Shown piece after piece: positions 37,270 through 50,149 of a stretch of DNA of 64,000 bases. The notes beneath the pieces were generated by a model, which made no database searches, was not told the origin of the DNA, and saw nothing but the letters and a program-made list of their open reading frames with translations. How positions within the stretch are numbered: the first letter of the stretch is position 1; each line of letters starts with the position of its first letter. Position numbers and translations under genes: made by a program. Source of the DNA: Octopus sinensis (Eukaryota); assembly GCF_006345805.1 (NCBI RefSeq), contig NC_043011.1, forward strand, positions 39,940,464 through 40,004,463, written 5' to 3'.

Positions 37270-38290
37270 TTGGTGATCCCGCAGCCTGGCATCTGGAGAG
37301 ACAGATTCATACAGCTTGATAGTATCATGGATATTTGGTTGAGTGGACCAGTAAAATTGTTGGGAGTCTGATTTCACCTGTTGTCCAGGTGGACAAGAAT
37401 TGGGGTGAGGTGATGAGCAGCCAGACTCACCCAGAAATAGACTGAAAGGAAGCTGTCCCTGAATGATTGTCAGATGTAGTGAATGCCTAAATCACTTCCA
37501 TTATTTACAACTGCTTGACTAACATGCTTTGCTCTGCTCTATGGCTGACCAGACTGGAGCACTTGCATTTTTACTTTCTCTGGAAAGAACATGTTCTGCT
37601 AGCAAGGTGGTTCATTTGCTATCAACATCCATTGCATGGAATACTGGGCATGCCATGGTTAGTGATAGCACAGACATCCACTGAGGCTACAACATCTCCA
37701 GCAATCCCTTCACTGAACAGATGTGTCCCTCCTAGATAGACACACTTTCTGAAGCTTGTCTCTTTTACAGAGCTGCAGTCCTGGTTCAAGCATATGTCAA
37801 AACTGTTTATCTAGCATCTGGGGTGTTATCAGATGCTCACATACCTCCGTTTGTCAGGCAATGCAGTTGCTTCATGTTCCACAAAGACATCTGTAAGGAT
37901 TAGTGGTGGTCAAGAGTTATGGCATCCTTAATGAAACTCTTAGCATTGACGATAATAGACTGACTTTTTTTTTTTTTTTTTTTGCAGGGCATTAGATAAT
38001 TTCGAGAAATCTCTAGCCTGGCAGTGCCACCAGTGAGCGTTGCCAGTTTGGGATAAACTCTTCAGATATGGCAGTGGCATAAGCTGACATGCATGCTGAA
38101 TGGCAAACCTGTCCTGCATGTGCTTGTACAGAGCTGGAGCATTGTTGACTTGTGGAGTTATGATGTAAAGCTGCTTTCACATGTTAGAATGGATCCATCT
38201 ATTGGTCAGCTTCATTGTGAAATGATTATGGTAGGAAGCCAGCAGTTTTCCTCTGTCTGCTGGCTATGGTGAAAGAGGTCATGTGGAGGA
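37270..38290 (+). pseudogene. Tx1/L1-clade LINE ORF2 C-terminal half, decayed
   Basis: WLSGPVKLLGV*F..QVDKNWGEV..RKLSL..LWLTRLEHL.FYFLWK..ICYQHPLHG.LGMPW; related to the element at 44780-49290. Confidence 0.75.
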
Positions 38291-38551
38291 TGAGAATAAA
38301 AGAAATAAAGAGAGATACTTTCCTCTTCAGCTATGCCCTCATCAACTTTTTAAAATTCCATTTGAAAAAGGGTTGAGAGGGAGGTGTGCCTCCTAGTAAA
38401 TTTATTGATAGGTTGGTGAATATGACAAGAATGGCTTGAGTGAGTGGGCCAACTCTTAGCTGGCACCTGTAGAATGAAGGAAATGAATGAGAAAGGTGAC
38501 TGGTGATCAGAGTGATCAAGGATCTTTGGTGTTCCTTGGTTGCCACTGGCA

Positions 38552-38930
38552 ATTTTCTTATTTATTACCTCTGCCTTAGTGAAGGCGAAGATATTGTTTT
38601 CAGTCATGTTTGTTTGTTTGTTTGTCCATGGACAAGATATCTCAAGAACTGCTAGATGGATTCGAATGAAACTTTCAGGGATGTTTGGCCTCGTGACTGG
38701 CACAAACCGATCAGATTTTGGGATCGATCCAGTACCGGACAAGGATTCTGGATTATTTTACCTGCTTCTTTTTACTTAATTTTTGAGAGCAGTCGGACTC
38801 GTTTTTAGCATTCTCGTTTGTGAGTGCAGTCGAGTTTATTTCAGATATTCTCATTTTAAAAATCATTTAATTGTTGAGAGGTCATTGGTGTTGCCTTGGT
38901 AGAATTTATGCTCTCTGAATGCTCTTGTTG
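38552..38930 (+). mobile_element. Helentron-associated (HINE/DINE-1-like) non-autonomous element
   Basis: 5' ttacctctgcc plus hairpin gcctt-agtg-aaggc, (TTTG)n core, gatatctcaagaactgctagatggatt..gaaactt block, 3' ccttggtagaa..ctctctgaatgctcttgtt. Confidence 0.6.
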
Positions 38931-39049
38931 CTGTTGGTTTTTATTGTCTATACATGTTTATGTAAACCTCTGCCGAATGTTGTCTTTGTGTTGTCCTAAT
39001 TTTTTTTTTCCTCAACCCTGTTGGCAATAGTATATTATCATTATAAATA

Positions 39050-39260
39050 AAAAATACAAAATGGGACAAGAACACAAAACATCCAGAAGATGATACAAAA
39101 AACATGGACGGGTAATTCGAAGCCTTTAAACTTCAATCAAGAACCGGATCATCCTCGCAATTTCAGCTGATTAATCTTGAGATTGCTCCTATCTGGCCAG
39201 CCCCAAGGAAAACCTAAGCTAAGAGCATTAGATTCTTTGGAAAAAAGCTTCGAATGTATA
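39050..39260 (-). repeat. Interspersed repeat homologous to 51830-52030
   Basis: Shared ggggctggccagat.ggagcaatctcaag..cccgtcc..tggatgttttg..gttcttgtcccattttgtatttt. Confidence 0.75.
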
Positions 39261-39611
39261 CGAAACAAGGACGGAAAAACGGACGATATTACACGAATAT
39301 AAATACAAAAATAATACAAAAAAAACCCAACAATAATAATAATAATAGCAGGACATCACAACAGGCATCTTTCGACTGGAGACAAATTGAATTCAGCTGG
39401 TGTATTAGGAATTAAGCCTTACGGCTTGCCAGACAAAATGCTTATTGGTATTCTGTCCATCTTTACATTCTGAGTTCAAATTCTTCCAAGGTCAACTTTG
39501 CCTTCATCCTTTCAGTGTTAGTAAAATAAGTACCATTTGAAAACTGGAGTCGATGTCATCAACTAGCCCCTCCCACCAAATTTCAGGCCTTATGCCTACA
39601 GTAGAAAGAAT

Positions 39612-39812
39612 TATTATTTCATTGCCTTTGCACTGCTTCTACCGGTGGAGATGTACTATGGTGTCAGCTGTTCACTATTAGTGAACTCAGGTAACACCTT
39701 TTATTTTTCAAGCACCTTCTGGAGTATTCGAGCAGTTCCAAGCAGTGCTGTTATCTGCAAGTGTTCCACCCGTGTTGCAGTCCCTGTTTGTTCTATGTAC
39801 TTCTCAAGATTG
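39612..39812 (-). mobile_element. Very short R4/Dong-like LINE 3' end abutting (AAT/AAC)n
   Basis: LEKYIEQTGTATRVEHLQITALLGTARILQKVLEK* (LQKxALLGTAxILRKVL motif); the 5' junction is the (AAT/AAC)n tract and the 3'UTR ends in aataataat. Confidence 0.75.
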
Positions 39813-39848
39813 TTGTTGTTGTTCTTATTACTATTGTTATTATTGTTG

Positions 39849-39879
<31 letters not shown>

Positions 39880-40095
39880 AAAGACAGTGAGCTGGCAGAA
39901 TCATTAGCACTTTGGGCAAAATGCTTAGTAGCATTTCATTCATCCTTATCTTCCGAGTTCAAATTCTGCCTAGGTCAGCTTTGCCTTTCATCCTTCCAGT
40001 GTCAATAAAATAAGTGCCAGTAAAACATTGGGGTTGATGTAATCGACCAGTCCCCTCCCCCAAAATTTCAGGCCTGGTGCTTATAGTATAAAGGA
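39880..40095 (+). mobile_element. SINE family B, alternative-tail variant, inserted in (ATT)n
   Basis: Same head and central domain as family B but the tail is cccctcccccaaaattt..ggcct.gtgc. Other copies near 7860-8075, 8310-8450, 18550-18760, 29240-29385, 39415-39610, 42720-42935, 44155-44350(-), 44375-44500(-). Confidence 0.8.
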
Positions 40096-40131
40096 TTATC
40101 ATCATTATCATCATTATCATCATCATCATCA

Positions 40132-40177
<46 letters not shown>

Positions 40178-40193
40178 TATTATTATTATTATA

Positions 40194-40228
<35 letters not shown>

Positions 40229-40250
40229 TATTATTATTATTATTATTATT

Positions 40251-40787
40251 GAGTGAGAGAGCAGTTCATTCATCAAAGTGACACTGGGGTAAAATATACG
40301 ATTAGCCCAATATACCCATCATACTACCCGTTTATATAAGGTACACCAGGCACATGCATCACACATTATGCGCGACATGGTGATCTCATATCAAGATAAC
40401 AGCACATGACCTTGCAGGTGGAGCCCATTAGATTTTCTTCAGGTTTAGTAGCCATCCTGCTCAAAAGGTCCCTGAATAAGGGTTGCTTTAGGATGTTGAA
40501 CGAAACACCTTATTCCAGAGGTGAATTATTCAAACCCCAAAGAATCCCTCTCAAACATGGCCATTGATGCTCCCCCACTACTTCTGCTCGTTATCAGAGA
40601 TGCACATATCGTCAGCCACTAAGGGACATGCTCAACTGGTTAGGCCAAACAACTGACAAGCAAATCTGTGGTATTGAGCAGAATATTTGCTGTAGCCCAT
40701 CTTTTATACCAAGACAAAACAATTACATGATAACATTCCAATCAGTTAAGATCAGAAGCATGAGAGCATGCCGTACTGCATCAGGGC
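40251..40787 (-). mobile_element. Family D: ~540-bp non-coding retroposon-like element embedded in (TAA)n
   Basis: Sense 3' end ctctctcactc-(aat)n; 5' end gccctgatgcagtac shared with the copy at 51334-51532(-); further partial copies at 42982-43178(-) and 43859-44136(+). Confidence 0.8.
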
Positions 40788-40904
40788 ATTTATTATTATT
40801 ATTATTATTATATTATTATCATTATTATTATTATTTATTATTATTATCATTATTATTATATATTATTATCTATCATCATCATTATATTATTATTATCATC
40901 ATCA

Positions 40905-40942
<38 letters not shown>

Positions 40943-40992
40943 TATTATTTATTATTACTATCATTATTATTTTATTATTATTATTATTATTA

Positions 40993-41049
<57 letters not shown>

Positions 41050-41050
41050 A

Positions 41051-41084
<34 letters not shown>

Positions 41085-41409
41085 TTATTATTATTATTAT
41101 CATTATTATATTACTATCATTATTATTATATTATATTATTATCATTGTTATTATTTATTATTATCATTATTATCATCATCATTATTATTATTATTATCAT
41201 CATCATTATTATTATTATTATTATATTATTATTATTATATTATTATTATTATTATTATTATATTATTATTATCATATTATTATTACTATCATTATTATTA
41301 TATTATTATTATTATTATTATTATCATTATTATTATTATTACTATCATTATTATTATTATTATTATTATTATATTATTATTATTATATTATTATTACTAT
41401 CATTATTAT

Positions 41410-41440
<31 letters not shown>

Positions 41441-41510
41441 TAATTATATATATTATTATATTATCATTATTATTATTATTATTATTATTACTATTATTAT
41501 TATTATACTC
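40788..41510. repeat. ~720-bp (ATT)n/(ATC)n microsatellite
   Basis: Direct inspection; source of the poly-I/Y/L ORFs. Confidence 0.95.
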
Positions 41511-41960
41511 AGCACTATCTTATAATAGACCTCTCTGTGTATAAAATTTATGGCTTTTATCAATGTAACAAACAATTTATTTGTTTAATTGTGATTTTCA
41601 TTTCTTGGTTTCCAAACCACCACCCAAGTCCAGCAGTGGTTTATTTGTTTATTTATATATTTTTTATATTTTGTAATTTGTCCTCATAATACACCATTCT
41701 GTAATAAAAAAAAAACTCATCATCATCATCATCATCATAATCACAATTACCATTAAACTTTATTATGTTGTTTGCTATATTTGGTAAAAACTATTCCATA
41801 GTACTTATTGTGCATGTATGAGTGATATCTGTGTGTATGTGCACATATGTGTATGTGAGTGAGAGTGTGTGTGTGTGTGTATTTATATCTGTGTCCATAC
41901 ATTAATGTATGCAGTGTGTGTGTGTGTGTTTTCACACTTCCAATTGTTTCCTGCTTACAG

Positions 41961-42099
41961 TCTTGCAACAGGACAGACTTTCTGCTGCTCTCAGACAACC
42001 CAAATGGATTTCGGCTATATATACCTGTCAAGTAGAAATAGGGTACTCAGAGATTCTGTCTCATGTCATGAAGGGTCAAATAAACTTTCAACATTCAAA
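41961..42099 (+). CDS. Candidate internal coding exon of the unknown + strand gene
   Basis: Acceptor ttgtttcctgcttacag|, donor AAA|gtaagt; 139 nt, phase 2 to 0, open as LATGQTFCCSQTTQMDFGYIYLSSRNRVLRDSVSCHEGSNKLSTFK. Confidence 0.5.
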
Positions 42100-42121
42100 G
42101 TAAGTATAATATAATTTTAAG

Positions 42122-42170
<49 letters not shown>

Positions 42171-42174
42171 TTGT

Positions 42175-42635
42175 TCTGTCATGCTCTCTTCTGTTCTTGA
42201 TTTACTTTTGAGACTTTTTGGACATTTCTGGTTGCAGATTGTATCCATACTTCATTGCATACAGTATAGTTTTTCAACCCCAATATCGCAGTCCTACTGG
42301 TGTCTTCTGCATTTAAAAATAGAACCCCTGCCTCCTTCCCGCCTTGGTAAGTAAATATTATTTTTAGGGTGATACACAGTGTGCATTGTGAGAAAATTTC
42401 TAGTTTTTTTTCCTCTAATTCCTGCAGCTCTGTCTTTGTCCCTTTTAGAATACGAGTAGAGCATCTCAACTTTGGTATGGCTCACATATTGATTGTCTTG
42501 ATAACATTCCATTAATTTAATTTTGTTTCCAAGCACCTTCCTAATCCTTCACTTGTACTCTTTGGAGACATTCTCTTTCATTCCTCCTTCAATAACCTTA
42601 TTCACATTCAACATTCCTAAATACTTATATCCTTC
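42175..42635 (-). pseudogene. R4/Dong-like LINE RT thumb fragment next to an (AAT/AAC/ATG)n tract
   Basis: EGYKYLGML..RIRKVL; KTRNFLTMHTVYHPKNNIYLPRREGGRG (LYLPRxEGGRGL motif). Confidence 0.8.
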
Positions 42636-42672
42636 ATTATTATTGTTGTTGTTGTTGTTATCATTATTATTG

Positions 42673-42703
<31 letters not shown>

Positions 42704-42932
42704 TATTATTATTATTATTAAGTCAGCAATCCGGCAGAACCGTTAGCAAAGGACGAAATGCTGAGTGGTATTTTGCCTGTCTTTACGTTCAAAGTTCAAA
42801 TCCCACTGAGGTTAGCTTTGCCTTTCATCCATTTGGGGTTGATAAAATAAGTGCCAGTTGAACACTGGGGTCAATGTAATTGATTTATCCCCTCCCCACC
42901 AAAATTGCTACCCTAGTAGCAAAATTTGAAAC

Positions 42933-42981
<49 letters not shown>

Positions 42982-43370
42982 GAGTGAGAGAGCAGTGCAT
43001 GCCATCAAAGTGACACTGGGGTAAAATATACGAAGCCCAGTATACCCATCATGACTACCTGTCTGATAAGGGTACACCAGGCACATACATCACAACCATA
43101 TGTGCGTGACGTGGTGACCTCATATCAAGATAAACGGCGCATGACTTTGCAGGTGGGGCCCAGTTAGAATTTTCTTCTGGTCAACAGTGTAAGAGATAAG
43201 ATTGCTCTGGGCTCACATTAGGTGAGAAGTTGGAAATTCTTTTGGCCCATGACACTCCATGAAACCTAAGTAATGCATGTATAAAATTTGAATGAAATCA
43301 GTTAGGTAGTTTTCAAGTTTTAGTGAAGTGATGTACTCATACAGACACACACATTCTCCGTTCTTTCTTG

Positions 43371-43440
<70 letters not shown>

Positions 43441-43514
43441 AATCAATAGATGATAACAGTTTACAAAATAGCAATAAATTTTAACTGAAACCAATATAAT
43501 TGTTCTATTTCTAG

Positions 43515-43784
43515 GCTTTCAACATGGCGACTGGGTGTTTGGAACCTTTTATTAAAGGTCCATACTATATAAATGATAAATGGAATGATAGACCAGTGAT
43601 TCCCCATGCTCAAAGAAAATGTCACTATTGGAGAAGTTGTAGCAAGACTGGGGGATCACATCACGCCCAACACAATTTCAGATGTGAACCTAACCCAAAA
43701 TATTGGACACAAAAAGATGGAATAAAATTCAAACCAAAGTTGATATGGATTCCGCATTTGAAACGTTGGATCCCACTTCACAAG
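43515..43784 (+). CDS. Candidate coding exon (90 codons) of the unknown + strand gene
   Basis: Acceptor ttgttctatttctag|, donor AAG|gtgaga; phase 0 to 0; non-repetitive open frame AFNMATGCLEPFIKGPYYINDKWNDRPVIPHAQRKCHYWRSCSKTGG..KRWIPLHK. ATG 43524 (caacATGG) is an alternative start. Confidence 0.6.
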
Positions 43785-43823
43785 GTGAGAACTCAAGAAA
43801 AATAAATATTGAATAACAATAAA

Positions 43824-43857
<34 letters not shown>

Positions 43858-44779
43858 TTGAATAATTCACCTCTGGAAACATGGGTGGTTCTTTCAACAT
43901 CCTTAAACAACCCTTATTCAGGGACCTTTTGAGCGGGATGGGCTACTCAACCTGAAGAAAATTCTAACTGGGCCCCACCTGCAAGGTCATGTGCTGTTTA
44001 TCTTGATGTCGCGCACATATGGTTGTGATGCATGTGCCTGGTGTACCCTTATCAGACGGGTAGTCATGATGGGTATATTGGGCTTCGTATATTTTACCCC
44101 AGTGTCACTTTGATGGCATGCACTGCTCTCTCACTCAATAATAATAATAGTAATAATGGTTTCAAATTTTGCCTCATGGGCAGCAATTTGGTTTGAGTCA
44201 ATTACATTGACTCCAGTATTCAACTGGTACTTATTTTATTGACCTCGAAAGGATGAAAGGCAAAGTTGACCTTGGTGGTATTTGAACTCAGAATGTAGTG
44301 ACAGGTGAAATACCACTAAGCATTTCATCCAGTGAAATGCTTAGCGGTATTTTGCCCAGCCCATTGCCTTAATAATAATAGTTGTTTTAAATTTTGGCAC
44401 AAGGCCAGCAAGTTTGGGGGAGGGGGTAAGTTGATTACATTGACCCCATTGTTCAACTGGTCCTTATTTTATTGACTCCAAAAGGATATAAGGTGCAACT
44501 TTGGCTGTGGTAAGAAGCTTGCTTCCCCCACAAGGTGGTGAACTGGCAGAAACATTAACACACTGGGCAAAATGCTTAGCAGTATTCCGTCTGCCGCTAC
44601 GTTCTGAGTTCAAATTCCGCCAAGGTCGACTTTGCCTTTCATCCTTTCGGGGTCGATAAATTAAGTACCAGTTATGCACTGGGGTCGATGTAATCCACTT
44701 AATTCGTTTGTCTGTCCTTGTTTGTCCCCTCTTTGTTTAGCCCCCTGTGGGCAATAAAGAAATAAGCAGCTTGCTTCCC

Positions 44780-47700
44780 TCACTGCTGTTTGGATGTGTT
44801 TTTCTTCCTCTCGGTAAGCATTTTTGCTGTGTTGTTGCTGTTGCTGTTGTTTCATTGTTGGATTTACTATAGGATTTTGTTGCCGAATGCGAGGATTTGT
44901 TATTGAACATTGTTGAACTGTTTTGTTCCCCAGTTTTACCAGGGAATAATTTGTTAAAAAATTATTGAACTTTATTTGTTGGCCATTGTGGCATTTTGTT
45001 GTTAACAATATTTCTTCAGAACTGTGAATAGTCTTTCTAGACTATTTTTGTGCCCCTCCTCCTAACGAGGGTGGGATTTGAACTTTTTTTTGTTGAACTG
45101 TTTTATTTTTAAAAATATTGTCCTCTTCAAGAGGAAAACTTTTTTTATAGGTTTCCCAGTTTTGTAGGAAACAAATTTAATTTTTTATGTATTTGTATTA
45201 ATTTCAACCATGTCAGTTGAAATTATCCATGAAAAATGTGCTCTTGTGGAGAGCAATGTTGATGTTGGCAGTTGTGCCAACACTGTTAAAAACTTTTCAG
45301 CGGTTGCTGCAGTGGCAACCGAAAATATTAATATTCCTGTAGGTAGGTGGCCTGTGGGCATTCCATGTGTCCCCTGAAGTCCAAAGAGGTGGTACTTCTG
45401 CCAACTTATATGGGACAAAGAATGTCCTGTGTAAAAATCAATGAAGTACCACCTGAAGTGAACCCTAAAGAAGTGGTGGTCACCCTGTTGTTTAACAGGG
45501 CAGACCAAATAAGAATATTAAAGATTACATGCTCCACCCACCAGAATTGGTTCAGGCAGAGCATTACGGTAATAATTCAGGGGACACAGGAGGACTTTCA
45601 GGTCCTTCCTGAAAGGGTGCTCATCGGGGAGAAGGTGGCCCTTAGGCTACATGTTGAAGGCCAAAAGCCCACCTGTTACCAATGTGGGAAAAAGGACCAC
45701 ATTTGAGTTGACTGTGATCAACATAAAGAAAAATTGTCGCAAACACCAGGCCTTTCAAATAACAAAAACATCCCCACCCCTGCAAACACACCAATCCCTA
45801 CAAATACAAAAATTCCCACCCCCATTGTTGTGGTGCCAGTCCTTATACAAAGCATAGAAAAAACCCAGCCCCTGTACGCACAAGCCCCTACAACCCCACC
45901 CCTAAAAGCTGTGGCACCAACTGAAAACACTTTCGCAAAAAAATTGTTACACCCCCTCCCCCTCCCAAGAGGATACCATGGAAGTATCAGAGGGTGTACT
46001 CACGGACCTTCTCCATCCACATCCCCTACAAAAGACAAAAACGATGCACCACAGACAACAAAATAGAGGCCCCACCCAATCGTCCCGGAAAACAGAGAGA
46101 ACATTATTTTAATCAAGTATCATACAACTGAAAAATATACAAATGACATTATTGCAAAACACCACACGACCAAATTGTATGCCCAACATAAGGACTTGAA
46201 GAGCAGATGTGCAGCATTTGGAGAAACCCTATACTGAAACTTAAAAGCAAGGCACTCGAATGTCATCTGGAAAATCATCAATTTACCTAATTATTTGAAG
46301 AAAGAAGAAAAGGAAGGGGCTGATTCATGTGTGGTGAAGTCGGCCCCAACTTCTCCAATGAAAAGTAAGTAGAACCTTTACTTTTCACAATGGCCTTCCT
46401 CAACCTTGGTTGTTTGAATGTACCTGGTCTGAGTTTGAAGTGGAAGCAGGCTTGTTTCCTCGATGACCACAGATCACATGATATACATGTGATGGTTTCT
46501 ACAGAGACCAAGCTGGACAGTCTACAGGCTTTCTCACCTCTCCTGAATGGCTATAAGAAAATCATGTCTCCTGGCCAGACTGGAGCACGAGGAGGTGTGG
46601 TGGTACTGATCCGTAAATGCTTGGCTCTGCAGACAAGTACAATCTACGTGGACCCTGAGGGTGGGCTGGTCGTCCTTGATGTGACATACAGCCGTAAGGC
46701 CTTCAGGCTGATCGGACTCTATGCACCTTGTGCTAGAGGTTTCCAAACTGATTTTTATCGGCACCTAGAGAACTTTCTTGTGACGTCGAAAACATTAGTG
46801 GTTTTAGGGGACTTTAACGCTATCGTTGATGCTTGCATTAATAGCATTGGCTCGACTGATAGGAAATGCTTGAGCATTTTCAGTTAGCAGATCGTTACAG
46901 GCTTAACGATTCAGATGTCCAAGAGTGGACCCAGATTAGTGGCAACGAAAGGGTCAAGTCTTACTTAGATAAGATAGTTGTACGAGCAAAAGATAAGGCT
47001 AGCTTTAGTTGTCCTCAGCTTGTTCAGGTGTCTTACACTGATCATAGAATGGTTAAGTCTAGACTTCCGGCTACTGCAAGCTTAACAAGTCTATTTTGAC
47101 TTGTGAGGCATACCATAGCCGGATTAAGGAGTTAGTGCAGAGGGCATCAACTGGCGCCGTGGTTAATAACCAGTTGTGGTTCACCTTCAAAAGAGCCACT
47201 TGATTTGAGTCCATTAGGTTTAGCAAGCAGCTAAGACTAGATAGAGCTAGAATTGAAGGGCAATTAGTTAAGGACTTAGAGGAGGCATTGAAGTTGGGCT
47301 CTGCATCGCACATTTGGCAGTGAGAACAGCATTGGACTGTCACCTCAAAGTCAAACATGACGTGCAGAGTTCGGGCTAAAGTGTGAGCATTGGGCCGTGA
47401 GGGAATTAATGTTGCCAGAGGGGCACGTACGATAGAAACCCAGCATGGCAACGATGCCACAATTTGGTCTCTTATTGACAAAAATGGATGTTCGGTCGAA
47501 GGATGGGACGAGATGTGTGAGGTGCTTTACAAGCACTTTGCCGAGTTGTTCGGGTGGTGGTGGTGGTGGTGGTGGTGGGGCGCTGGATCGTGGTGAGGCC
47601 CTTAGGGACTTCCTGTCTGGTGGCCCATGTCTCTCGGCATGAGAGGCTGAGTGCTATGAAGGGCCAATCACGGCCAAGGGGATAATCAAGATGCTGGACA

Positions 47701-49290
47701 AGTGCCCCGGGGAAAAGTCACCAGGTCTCAATGGTCTACCATATGAATTTTATAAAAGTATGCCAGACTTGTTTGGGCACCTACTGGCTAGTGTTTATGC
47801 CAACTGGCAGCAGAATGGGAGAAATCCCAAGTCTGTGAGCCGGTGGGGGTGGGGGGGCACTGATCAGAATGGACCCAAGAAAGTGGGGCGAGATAGGTAA
47901 CTTTAGGCCCATAACTCAATTAAACAAGATTTTGGCCAAGGTGCTAGCAAAAATGTTGGCAAGGGTTGTGGACTGACTTGTTGGGGAAGCACAGACTTGC
48001 ACTATCCTGGGCAGGTCAATCCACGACAATCTCCACCTTATACGTTACGCCTTAGAAAGGGTTAGGAAACTTTCTGGCGCAGGGGGAGCACTGGTGCATT
48101 TAGACCAGTCTAAGGTATTTGGTACTTGGCGGCAGTCCTCGAGAAAGATAGCTTGGGCCCAACCTTCTGTGGTTCGATTGCTGCTTTGTACAGCAACATT
48201 GAGTCTGTCATCAAAGTGAACGGTTTCTTTTCAAAGCTGTTCAAGATTGAGTATTCAGTTCATCAGGGGTGTCCCCTGTCTCCGCTTCTGTATGTGTTGG
48301 CTCTTGAACCATTGCTGTAGAAGTTGGAGCACTAGGGGATGTGCTGCATGATCTATGGTGGGGAAGAGGAATACAGTGTATGTGGATGACATCTCCATCA
48401 TCATGGCTGATGAGGCTCAACTTCCCATCGTGGAAGAGCCCATCAAAGTTTACGAAGCAGTGACAGGAGCAAAAGTTAACAAGGACAAGTCGGTCGGTTT
48501 GCAACTCGGTACCTAGAGGGGCAAGCCGATGGCATCCAGTAATGTCGTGGGACATTGGACAGAATGTTCTGTTAAGTTGCTAGGAGTCTGGTTTGGCATT
48601 AACTGTTCATGATAAGCTGTCAAGGTATGGAAGTGCTGTCTCGCCAACATGCCTGAGATGTGGGTAAGATAAGGAAACCATCTTGCACACATTCGTGGAG
48701 TGTCCGGAGTTATCGGGACTAGTAGCTTTTGCCAAACAACTGTTATCAGGAAGAGTACAGCTATCAGCTGAGTCTATCATCGAGATTGTGCCGCTTCCTT
48801 TCCTCAACAGGGAAAGGAAGGCTTGTTTTTTCTGTGTAGTAGCCATACTGAAAGAAACAGTATGGAAGACACGTATGAAAGGTATAGTGACAGGCACCTT
48901 CATCTCTGTCCAGGGGTTGGTCAACTTCTTTAGTTTCCACCTCAGTAGTAAGATCAGGCTGGGGAGAAGGTATCTGTCATGAGATATGTTTGTGAAAAGA
49001 TGGGAGACTGTGGTGTGTAAGCTGGGTATGAGTGGCACCAGGTAGGTGGGGGCCAGGTTGAAAAGTAAAGATTCTACCCAGATGGCTGGGTGCCTTGCTT
49101 TCGACATGATTCATGTGAAAAATTTTAAACTTGTTAATTCTTTTTGTATAATTCATTGTTCGTAATTTCATTCGTTATTTCATTTGTAATTTTTAATTGT
49201 TAGAAGCTTCTTTACCCTTTGTGTTTTTCTGTCCTTGTTTGTCCCCTCTTTGTAAATGCCTTAATGGCAAATTATATGTGAAATAAAGAA
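44780..49290 (+). mobile_element. Near-full-length decayed Tx1/L1-clade LINE
   Basis: ORF1 remnant with zinc knuckle CYQCGKKDHI*VDC (~45400-45720). ORF2 from 46390: APE endonuclease (CLNVPGL..STETKL..LIGLYAP..LGDFN), RT (KSPGLNGLPYEFY, FRPIT, QGCPLSPLLY, YVDD) and C-terminal HTFVECP. 16-bp TSD. Confidence 0.92.
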
Positions 49291-49503
49291 GTTTGCTTCC
49301 CAACCATATGGATCCAGGTTCAATCCCACTGCAGAGCACCTTGGGCAGGTGTCTTCTACTACAGTCCTGAGTCAACAAAAGCCTTGTGAGTGGATTTGGA
49401 AAATGCCAGCATGGAAAATGGATATTAAATGATGAGGATGATGATTATTTTTATTATTCAGAAGTTGATAAAATAAGTACCACTTGTGCCTAAAGAAGAA
49501 AGA

Positions 49504-49535
<32 letters not shown>

Positions 49536-50149
49536 AGGTTTTTACTGTCGTTTTTGTATGTTTGTCATTCAGTTTGATAATTGGGTCACTCAAAGCTGCA
49601 AAAAAATTAACGCCATGAAATTAGTCATTCAATTTCGCTTTTCAATCATTCAGTTTTGCACTTTGGTCAAAGAATTTAACATTTACATTATTGAAATTGA
49701 AATGCCAGTTGAGAGCATTCAAATTAGTTGGAATGCGAGGAAGCGTTTTTTTCGAGCATTAAAATTCACATGTGAGCTTTTGCGTTCAGAATAAGTTTAT
49801 TCAATTTAGCACTAATTTTACATTTGTATTTTTACTCACATTCTAAGAAGTGGATGTTAAAAATGACAAATTTGAATGACATGTTTTGTCATGCAAATTT
49901 TATTACGTTATTAAACCTACAAAGAAGGAATGAATTATGCAATTCTTCTGTTCACAAAAGTCTTTTTCATTGCAACGTTCGTGACCAATTGCTATCAGTT
50001 GCATTCTATATTTCTTTCTCTAACACCAAGTTGTAATCAAGGAGCCACGTGTAAGGTACATGCATATATTGAATGAAGATAGGGCAAGGCTGGTTGCGAC
50101 CTTTGAGTGGCATCAAACCAATTACCTGCAACTGGCAGACACACTTGGC

